Shown here one piece after another: positions 28,151 through 40,100 of a DNA stretch of 64,000 bases (within the stretch, counting starts at the first letter, position 1; each line of letters begins with the position of its first letter). A program made the translations under genes and the position numbers. The stretch lies in IMG/VR virus record IMGVR_UViG_3300028888_000090; one strand, 5' to 3'. The DNA is from an uncultured virus (IMG/VR IMGVR_UViG_3300028888_000090) (taxonomy: Duplodnaviria; Heunggongvirae; Uroviricota; Caudoviricetes; Crassvirales). Under the pieces are notes generated by a model. That model did no database searches. It was not told the DNA's origin and was given only the letters and a program-made list of their open reading frames with translations.

Positions 28151-28194
28151 CAAACAAAAACAGTATCTACATCGCTATCACAGCGAGATATTAT

Positions 28195-31100
28195 TTAATC
28201 TTCATAGTCATCTTCATCGCCTTCAGCCCATTCCATCATATTCTCTACAAGTTTACTATTAAGCATATTCTGACCCATTTTATAATAATGGTTACTTTCA
28301 GTGATTTCAAATATACCTGTATTAATACCACGATAAATAGGTATACGACGTTTTAGACGAACAACAAATTTATTTTGACCAGCAAAACGACCAGAGTGAT
28401 AAGTAGGATCAAATTCATCATCGAAAATCCAATCACTAACGAATCCCATTGTAGAAATTAAATCTTGAAGTCCAGATTGAGCAGCAATAGGAGTACTCCA
28501 AAGTTTCTTCCACTCAGCACCAATACCAATAGGATTAAATTGGAAACTTTCACTAGCAAGACGGTCAGCCTCATATAGTGCTAAGTTGTAAGCAATAGAA
28601 TCTTCCTTATCGTCATCATCGATTGCTCTGAGAGCCATAGCAAGACAGATTGCACTAACAACACCGCAGATATCACCAAAATTACGTCTAATATTTGCTT
28701 TGTCATAGTCAGGAAGAATATTCCAATACATTCCAATATGAGTACAAAAATCAAAGATTTCTTTAAATAGATTTTGAATACTCTTAAGTGCTCCAACTTC
28801 AGCATCACTAAGAGATTTGTCGTGTTTCATCTTTTCTACAGGGGTGGCAAGAAAATGAAGAAGAGATATATAAGAACCTTTTTCTATAGTTCCTCTTTGT
28901 TCATTATACATACCTTTAACACGCCATCTTTTCATCATACCAGGATAAATATGTTTATGATATTGCATAACAAGACTACCATACCATTTTTTCTCAAGTT
29001 GAGCTTGACCAAGTTTATCATAGACACCGTGAATCTTTTTATTAACTGGAATAACCCTACCTCTAAAATCTGCAAGCATCTTATAAGCTTCACTAACAGG
29101 ATTGTTTTTATCAGTAGTATTAAATCCAGCTGTACTTAAAAGACTATCTGGTTTAATTTGCATATAACCTTCATCACTAAGAGAAAGTTGTTCCATCATT
29201 GTAGGAGCTTGTTTAAACTCAGTTTCTAATTGCTTTTGATAATCTTTTCTTCTATTCTTTTTATCAGCATATTCTTTTCTTTGTTCAGGAGTTAATTCAT
29301 ACATAACAAATTCGTGAACAAAATCTTTTTTATACCAAGCATAATCTTTAAGTTTATTAGCATCAGCTTTAGCTTCTTCAATCTTAGCATTAAGTTTGTC
29401 TTTTTGTTCATCACTAATAATAGAATTAAGAATGGCAATTTCCTTTTCTCTAGTATATTCAGCAAAATTCATAAATTTAATTGTAGGTTGATGAGTATGA
29501 GGATCTTCATCTACAAATACACGATGATCATAAAGCATAGCAAATAGAGCACTATTTTGCATAAAATTTTCACCAATAGTTTGGGGAGAATACATGGCTC
29601 TAGTAAATTTATTAAATCCTTTCATAGTAGGATTCTCAACAATTTTACTTTTACCAACTTGTTCATCATAATCAACAACATTGAACCATTTAATAATTGC
29701 ATCAGCTAATGAAGTAGAATCATCATCATCTCTTTTTGCAAATTGAGAAATAATACTACTATTCCAAAGAGCAATTCCTTTAGCCCAAGCTTTACCTCCA
29801 AAATATTCTTTAGCAAAAGATTCAGCAAGAATTTGAGTTGTACCAAGAGTAACGTTTGCAATACCACCACGAATGTTCATCATCATATATTGAGCAGAAG
29901 TAAGACTTTGAAGTCTAGAAGCCCATTTAGTAAGATTATCTTTAGGTTCTTTCCATTGGTCATAAACAAGTCTTCTAACCCAATTCTCATATTGTTTAAT
30001 AAGGTCTGTTTCTTTCTTACTTCTATACTCTGCACTATTCTCAGTAGAATTAGCAAAATCTTTTTCAAAATCACTCATACCTCCATATCTACTTGCATAA
30101 GTTTCAAGTTTCTCAAGAATACGCTTACCTGTAAACAGCATATATTTATTATCTTGAATAGCGTTAAAATGACTAGCTTGAGTAATAAAACTTCTAAGAA
30201 CAGCAGGCCAATCTTGATTAAGAGCTGCTCTATGAGCTTCAACATTTGCTTCTTCTAGTTTCTTAATTTCAGCTTCGTAATCAGCGTTTCGCTTAGCAAA
30301 TTCTTCATCAGATTCATTATCTTTTTTAGTAGGTTCAACAATGTTCTTTTTAGCAGCTTCTTTGTGAACATCTTTTTGGTCTAAAAGACTCAACATAGGC
30401 ATGGCAATAGTTCTATCAGTATCATATCCAACATCTCTAAGAAAATCTTCTTTACCTGTATGATAACTAATCCAACCAAGAGCTTTAAGAAATTCATTTC
30501 CTATAAATTTAGCATCCGTATCAGGAGCCCTATGTTGGGAAGGAAGATAACCCTTATTAAGATAACGCAAACCACTATCAGTATGAACAAGAGAATAAAG
30601 AAGATCTTGTACATAAGTTTTAAGTTGTTTCTCATATTCATTTTGTTTATCAATTTTTGGATTATCATAACCAGTACCAGTTTTATAATTCATAGCGTGA
30701 CCAACACCAGGAACATAATTAGGATTCGTAGCATCATCTCTTACAGTACTTCTAGTGTTTTCCCAAAGAGGCATCCAATCACCTTTATTTCTAGAAGTAT
30801 CTCTGTATGTATAAGTAGTCCAACATCTAATAGGTTCGTAAGTTCTTGTAGAAGGATTCCAAACATGATTTTCATAATACCATTTATTGAAAGCCTCTTT
30901 ACCTTGTTTAGAAACCTCAGCAATCTTTTGATAATAGTATTCAGTAGGGGTAGCTACATAAGTTTTATTAATAAGGTTTATAGCTTCAGTTTTTTCTTTA
31001 TCTATAAATTTATCAGCAACTTCTGCTTTAGGATGCAAAGAACCAAAAAGATAAGGATTAGGAATAACTTTAGTATCAAAACTTTTGGTTTCCTTATTGT

Positions 31101-34100
31101 AAACATCTACAACAAGATAACAACATTGATTCCAAGCTTGAGCATATTTACTATCTTTACCACCAGGACCTTTACCATAAGCAATAGTTTGTTGAGCATC
31201 AAAGATAGCTTTGTCTTCAGGACTTAAATTTTCATCAACATTAGCTTCTCTGAAATCAATAACTGATTTAATTTCTTCATCACTTGCTCCTTCTTTTTTT
31301 CTAGTAGCATGAAGTTGTTGATAAAGATTACCAAGATGTCTTAATTCTGCTCTACCTTCTTCAGTATCTGGAATCCAATCAAGTCGAACTTGTTGATTTT
31401 GATTATCCCAATACTTCTCAAGAATTTGATTAATTTCATTTACTTTAGCATACCATTGTGCATTATCAACACCAGAAGTTTTAAGACCTGCATAGAAAGT
31501 AGGTTTATAAATTACAGTAGAAGGAGTTCCATTCTTAATTAAAGTTCTATCACTAAAGATATTAGAATCATGATAATTTTGTTCTCTAATTTGTTCATCT
31601 TTAATCTTCTTAATATCTTCTTTAGTGAAATCTTTAGCATTAATTACTCCTCTTTCATCTTTAGCTTTATGACCTTCAACAATTCTTTTAAGTTCTGTTC
31701 TAGTTCCTGCTTTACGAAGAACAGAAAAAGCTTTATTTAATTCTGCTCTACCATCATCGTTAATGATAAATTTAGCACTATGAGCAAGCCATTCTTTAGC
31801 AGCAACATAAGCCGGATCTTCCATTAATTCAGACATAGGAACAGTAATGTTTCCATTAGCATCTCTTCTTTCTCTATCATTGATAGTTCTACGGTTTTTA
31901 TCAAGTTCTTCATAAAAACCAAATTCAGCATCTCTTTGAAAATATTCTTTATTAAGGTCAATAACATCTTGAATGTATTGTTTTAATGCTCTTTGATGAG
32001 GAGCACTATACATAATCTTAATTCGTTTTTCTTCATCAGTACCAGTAAGAGGATTGAAATCAGGAGAATACTCTTGTCTAAAATGTTCAACTTTACCAGT
32101 TAAAGGATTGACATAACTATCATCAATAAGACTACTAATTTCTGCAGCAACTTTGTCAAGTTCTTCTTGATAGTAAGGATCAAGATAACCATTTACAGCA
32201 TGACTATAAAGATCTCTACGTCTAGCTTCAAGTTCTTTGTATTTTACAAATATATCAGCATAATTCGGACCTCTTTCTGAAGAACCAGTAAAAGCAGTTT
32301 CATCAGGAGTAGGTTGCTTACCGTGAAGCATAGCATCATCGAGTTCTATTCTTCTTCTATAATAATCATCATCGATTTCTTGATTAATATGAGCAAGTTT
32401 CCATTTATCATATTCGAGTTTAGCTTCAAGATAATCTCTATAACTACCTTCACCATTATTATAAGCATCTCTAGCAGCAATAGATTTATCTCTAAGTTCA
32501 TACATATCTACAAGAAGTTTGGGGTCGTAATTTTGAATAAGACGACCATCTTTATCAACGATATTCTTCCAATCAATCGTAAAACCTCTTTTAGCAGCTT
32601 TGGCTTCAATTTCTTTAAGTTTCTTATCAAACTCTCTTACACGTTGTTGAGCAAGTTTTTGTTTAGCAAAAATATCAGATGTAACTACTTTTGTAATAAT
32701 TTGAAGCATTGTATTAGGAGTTTCTTGCATATCATTAATCCAAGATTCAAGATAATTAGTAGAATAAAAACCGTTAATAACACTAATTAAATCTTGTTTA
32801 ATCAAAGGATTAGTACTATATCTTTTAAGATATTCGTTGGCAAAAAGATTTCTAGCTTCACCAATAATATTACTATTTTGAAGTTCTTGAAGTTTACTTT
32901 TAATTTTATTAAGATAACTTTGAAGATTGCTATCTTGTGCTTTAATATCGAGTTCAAGAACTGACATATTGTTTTCAACAATAGCTTCAGCTTCAAGAAG
33001 AAGTTTTAAAAGTCTATTACGACGTTTAGGATCTTTATAGATAAGGTCGATAACTTCAGGACTATTAACTGCAAGGTAACCGTCTCCACCAGGATCTTTT
33101 ACAAAATATTGAAGTTGGTCAGTAATAGATTCAACACGTTTAGTAATATATTCAGCACCACTTCTAATGATAGTATTCAGATTAGCTTCAATAGATTTCT
33201 TATCACCTGTAATAGTTTTATCTCTCCAATATTGACGAACTCTAATTGTATCTGCATCTGCAGCATCAGCAGTAATAACTCTATTTACACTTTTATAAAT
33301 GTCACCAGCAACATCAGTAACAGTAGCATTTCTACCTTCAGTAAGTCTAGACTTTTTGATAGCAGAAGTTGTTTGAGTTGTAGGTTCTGTATTAGCAGTT
33401 CGTGGTTCTATTGCAAAAATAGGAGTAAGTTGATATTTATAACCTTCTTTATTAGTATCAAGTATTTTAACAATATTATGTTCACGAAGTTCTTCAATTA
33501 TAGCTATATATTTTCTATGTGTTTCATCAATAGTCTTATTTCTTCCTTCTCCGAGATAAGGTTCAATGCTGTTATGAACTTCATCATTAGTTAATTTATA
33601 AATTTTTACAGGTTTTGTCTCAACTGTTGTTTCTCCATTTATAGTATGATTAATATCTAAATATTCTATAAGACCAGCATTTTTACCTGTTCTAAAAATA
33701 TGACGAGTAAGACCTTCATCAGTTATAAACATTGTTTTGTCATTGTTTGCAGCAACAGAATAAAATTTTTGTGCTTCACTAATAACGTGTTCAGGCATAG
33801 GTTTTCTTTCATCAAAAGGAATAGAACCAGCTTTTTTCTGAGTTTCAGCATTAACTTTTTTCTTATAATCAGAAGCTTTATAATTACTTGCAATAACTCC
33901 AATTTTACTTCTATCTACACTAGTTTCTTTTTCAATATCAGAAAGAATTTGTTGATAATATTTAGTACTAAATTGTTTCCAATTAGCAGAATTAGAACTA
34001 AATTCTCCGTGTTCGTTCTCTTCAAGAGGATTTAAAGGATATAAGAAATAACCTTGATTGTTCTTAACAATTCTATAAAGAACTTCATCTTCTTGATCAA

Positions 34101-37100
34101 ATTTAAGCCTTACAAAAGCATTAGTCTTAACATCAGATTCATCACCAACTTTATAAGTAATTTTATATTTATCAAGAAGAGCTTTGTTATCTTCTAAATC
34201 AGGAATAAATATAATGCCATTAGTTTTAGTTAATTCAAAACCTTTCTTATTAACTTTAGTAACACGTTTGAAAGGAATATTAAGAGATTTATAGTGACCT
34301 CTAACATAATCAATGTAAACATTGTTACTAAGACTATCAGAAATAGTTTTAAATTTATTCTTTAACTCTGCAACAACACCAGTACCTGTATAACCCCAAT
34401 CATTATAAAGAACACTATTAGGAATAATTTTACTTATACCTCTCTTACTAATTTTATATCCTTCTACAATAAAAGAATACTTAACTAAATCATAAGCTGC
34501 TAATGCAATAAGAGGGTTTCTATTAGTAAAAGCTTCTTCAAATTGAATATAAGCATCTTCTTTACTAATTGTATCTTCTACAAATTCAATAGTTTGAGTA
34601 CCAGCTTTCTTACCGCTAATGTCTCTAACATTGAAAAGATTTACAATTAGATTGCTAAAAATACCAGCATCTCTGAAATTTTGTTGAATAAAATCAACTT
34701 TCTGAGCAGGAGTTAAACGAGCAAAATTATTAATATCGGTTTGTGTTGGACGAGCTACATCTTTAATGGCAAAATCTACAACTTCTTCAGTACCGTCATC
34801 ATGAGTTATAATCATCGTAGGTTCAGGAGTAGTTCTATAACCAAAAATTCTAGCACGTTCTTCTTCTTTAGCTTGTCTTAGATAAGTTTCGTGTTCTTCA
34901 GGTTGCAAATCTTTTGGAAGAGGAGTAGCCCAAACATTTTTACTAGCACGTTTGTTATAAGTAATAGGAAGAATTAATCTGTCACAATCGTAATATAATG
35001 CAGAAATAACATATTTTTCAAAGTTCTTATATTGAGTTTCAGTAAGTTTAGAATTATTACTAAGGAAATCTCCAAGACCTTTAATAAAAGTTCTAAATTC
35101 TTCAGATTGTGTTTCAAAAAGAGTTCTATTAATAATAACACTAGGAGCAGTAGAGTATTTTAAGAAAGTATTAAGAATACTATAAGCACTATCGTTATTT
35201 TTATTTTGCATATATTTCTCAATTCCTTCTGAAATACCAGGATAAATAGCTTCAAGAATAGATTTATTTTCAACTTTAAGAGCATAATCTTTATTCTTAG
35301 AAAGCATATCGTTTATATCATCAAACACCTTATTAGTAGCATAAATAGATTGTTTAGCACCAAATTTATCAGGATTACAAACTCTAGCAAGATTACCAAC
35401 CTCATCAGCAAGATGTTTAAGCTTATTATATTGAAGAACAACACCAAGGTCAAAAATAAGTCCATCAATTCCTTCTACGGGGGATGTAATATTAGCTTTT
35501 AATTTTTCAGCATCAAAAGGAATGTTTAAATCTTTATCTACAAGAGTTAATTCTTGAATACCTAAAACGCTACGAATTCTATCTCCATATTTTTTATTAA
35601 TAGCATCAAGAACTTCTATAATAGGAGTATATTCTTTAGTTTTAATTCCAAGTTCTTTAGCAATTTGTCTAATAGCTTGAATTATCGGTTTTTGAGTGTC
35701 ATTTACATAAATAGATTTACTGTTATTGTTTTCTCTAATAATTCTAGTAACTCCGTTTTGCATCATAAAAGCAATGGCAGTTTTATAATCAATTCCTAAA
35801 TCAGGAAATAGTTTATAAACACCAAAACTAAAATCATTAACATTAGGTACAGAACCTTCTTTTACAGCATCAAGAATATGAGCAGTTGTTTGAGATGAAT
35901 AAGCAGTAAGAATTTTACCAACAACATTCTTATTATCTAAACTCCAACCAAACATATTATGAGTAATTCTAACTTGTTTCTTATTAGGAATATTAGTTAC
36001 ATTTTTAGCACCATATCTTTTAACAGCATCTTCATAAGAAATAACATCATAAGAATAAACAACATCAATAGATTTTGTGTCATTTACAATAGGTTTTACG
36101 GTATTACAAACAGAACAGAAGTTATCACGAGTAACACTAAAGCCTTTAAGTTTAGCTCCACTCATAGTATCTTCTTGATAATCAGCTTGATCGAGAACAT
36201 TATAAGTACTACGGCCATTTCTTCTATTCATAAAAGTTTCAGATGCTACTTGTTGTAAAGCACCACCAGGATCGTTTTCTTTTTCATTTGGACTATGACT
36301 AATATCTTCAAAGTTAGAACGAGACATTATTTCTTCAAGAGTTTTAGGATTAGAAAGAATATCAAGCATACTTTGAACAATAGCATTATTTCTTTCTTCT
36401 CTAGTCATATCTTCAGCAGATTTTTCTCCACCAGTATATTGTTGAATCTTACCATTTTCATCAATATAAGTTGAGTGCTGGATACCATATACAGAGTCAA
36501 TATCAAAGTCAGAACCTGTTTGAGCAACCCATTCATTAGGAACAACTATTGTAGAACCAAGAGCATCATCGATAAATCCTACAACTCTCATTTTAGCAAT
36601 AGATTGTTTACCTTCAGTAGGAATACGATAACCTATAACATCTTGAAGATTTGCATTATAAAGTTCTTCAAGTAAACTACCAGGTGTAGGTTGACCGTTT
36701 TCTTCTATTTTACCTTTAGGCTTAAGAGTACCATCTGCGTTTCTTCTTTTAAAACTAAAAGCAGAAGCAGGAAGCATAATTTCTACATAATCAACATATT
36801 CACCTTTAGAATTAGTGTGATAACGAAGTTCATTACTATAACTAAATTTATCACCTGTAGCTTTAAAACCTACGTTAGTGATTTGAGCAGCGTGGAAACC
36901 TGGAAGTTTCTGTCTTGTAATAGAATGATTAAATATACTTTGAGCAATACTTTCAAGTTTTTGTCCTACCATGCTCATAAAGTTAGGCATAATAGGATTT
37001 TCATTAGTATCATCCATAGTAACATAATCAAGCATATTACTATCATAGCCAAGTCTAAAAAGTTCAGCTTTAAGTTTATCATAGAAAACAGAAAGTTTAA

Positions 37101-40100
37101 GACCTTTGATTTCAGGTTCACCTTTCTCATTATAAGTTACTTTAGGATTACCGTTTTTATCTAAAGAAAGACCAAGTTCAGTAAATAAATTTCTAGCAGA
37201 TTCCCTAATATTAGAAGTATAACATTCAATAAAACGTTGTTTAAGAGCATAAAGTTCTTTATTAGAAGGATCAATATTATCAAGAATTTTCTTCATAATT
37301 TGAATACCTGCTTTATTTTCTACATCAACGTGTTGAGGAGTTTCTTGTTGAGTATAAAGAAATTCATAAGAATAAAGTTGTTTAGCTCTACCAACTTCAT
37401 TCAAATGTTTAGTGAAGTTACTAGTTCCTTTGCCATTTATTTCATCAATTATATCTTGATGAACTTCTCCAGTTTTAGCATCAAAAATACTAAGAGTGTT
37501 TGTCTTACCTGCTTTAGAAGTTTCTTCAGTATTAAGCTGGTCAATCTCATGTTTCTTCATAAGTTCAGCTACAACTTCTAATTGAGTACCTTTAATAAGT
37601 TGAGGTACTAAAACAAATTCAGCATTTTTAATTTGTCTCGGAGCAAAGATACCAGATGTAACATCATAATTTTGATCATAATAAAAATTCTTTTGAACTT
37701 GAATGAATTCATTAAGTTCAGCACCATTTAATTCTTTTCCTGAAAGAACTTTATCAATAAGATGTTTGTATTTATTAAGTTGACCTCTAGCTGTTATACG
37801 ACGAATCCACTCTTCAAAAGTAATATAAGATTGAGCATCATTTACAGTAGTTTTCTTAAAACCATCCATAAGTTTTTCAGCTTGTGCTCTATCTGTACCA
37901 GCCTTTACAAGAGTATCAACAATAGTATTAAGAGTTTTTTCATTATGAGTTACAGTATTAACAACTGTTACACCAGCAAATTTATCAAATTGTTGAACTG
38001 TTTTACCACCATAAAATTTAGTTGAAGCAAGAGGACTTGCAATAACAGAACGTTCAGTTTTAAAAGTATTAGAAAAATTAGCAATACCATAAGGAACACC
38101 AGAACCTTGTACTTCTTTAGCACGTTTCAGAAAGGTTTGAGCATCTTTATAGAATTTACTATCACCTTCAAATAAATCATTAAAATTATTATAAGCAATT
38201 TGATAGTTAAGTACAAATTCAGCAATATTTTCAGTAGTTAAATTTTTATCACCAATAACATTTTCAAAACTCTCAAGTCTAGTAGAAGCGTCTTTAATTA
38301 AATGTTGAATATATTTATCCAACATCTGATTTATTGCAACATCTTGTTCAGGAGTAATTTCAACATCAATAACTTTACCATTGTTATCAATAATAGTATG
38401 AATAAAGCTACCATCAGCTCCCCCGTAAAGAGGATTGAACAATGCTTGCATTAGTTCTTCACCATAATTTTTAACTGCATTGTCATCTTCATCATAAACA
38501 GTAAATCTATCAGAATGAAAAACATTACCAACAAGTTTTTCTTCACCGTTTTCTTCTTTAATAATTACACCTTTCTTGTGATGATAATTATCATAAGCAC
38601 CATCAATCTCTCTTCCATTATGAGAAAGACCTTCTTGCCATCTTACATTACCATTTTCATCTCTAAGAACAACTCCACCTTTCTTATAAAGAACATTTCC
38701 TTGCTCATCAGTAACATCTTCTGTTGCAGTAACAAAGAATTTATTAAGAGCTGTAGCAGCATCAAGAATTTCTTGTCTAAACATATTTTTAAGTTGTTTA
38801 ATAAGAATATTCTTAGAATTAATTTCTCTTTGAATAAATCCTTCTTTATCAAGTTGTCGATTAATAGCAAAATCTAATTCGTTTTTAACCTCATCAGAAA
38901 GGTTGTTATTATAAATACCTTCAAAATTAGCATTTACAAGCATTCCACCTTGATAAGTACCTTTTAAAAGATAAACATTTTGTTCATTAGTGGAATCTTC
39001 TGATTTATATTGGAACTTAATGGTATATTCTTTACCTTCTTCTAATGTTCTAGTAACCCACTCAGGAAGTTCAACATCATTATCTTTCTTAACAAAATGA
39101 TTAACAACAGTATCAACTCTTCTAATAGTAACAGGCGTTTTATTTACACCAAAAGTTGCAATGTCTCCAGAGAAACCTTTTGCAACCATTTCTTTCTTAA
39201 TATCTTTTATTCTCTCATTAACTTTATCTTTATTAAGAGTTGTGAATAAATTAGAAGCAGAATACTTTGGAGCATAAATTACAAAGTTTTTAGGAGCATC
39301 AGAAGGAGTACGCATAAAATATCCTGCAAAGTTTATATTTTTCGTAACTTTTTTACCACTATTAGTGAAAGAAGCAAATTGACCTGCAAGATAATCTCCT
39401 TTTGAATGTTGAGGATAAGTAATACCTTTCTCTTCATCATAGTTTCTAGCACCATTATAAAGAGCTATTTCAAGTAAATCTTGAGCATATTCTGTAGGAA
39501 CTACAGTATCACCTTGTTTTCTAAATAAACCATAAACTATATCTCCGTCTTCATCTACATGTTCAAGAAGAATATTACTAAAATTATATTGTTGAGATTG
39601 GAATTTGAAAGTACCATATTGTTCAAGAATAGCTTTATTCTTGAGAACTTCCATCGTTCCAGTAAGAAAACTACTATTAATAACGTCAGAAGATTGATTA
39701 CCAAGAGGATTAATAGAGTTATTTTCAACTTTAACTAACGCATAATTTACAAGTAAATCAGATAAAGCAATAGCAGCGTTTTTCTGCTTTTCACTCATAT
39801 AATCTTTAGCATAAAGATCCGTTTCATCTTTAAGTTCAGGAAGAGAATCAGTACGCTCTCCTGCTTGCATCATTTCAAGCTTTTGTTGTCTAATACGTTT
39901 ATTGTTACTTCTAATATCTCTAGCATCATCAAGCATTTTATTATATTTATCTTGACTTTCTTTAGATGCTTCAACACAACTTCTAGCTTGATTAATAAGT
40001 AAACCAATATTATGAATAATATCTACTTCTCCATTTTCTTTTTTATTCTTATAAACAAAATTAGAAATAGAATAATCTTCTAAAGTTGTGTAATAATGTT

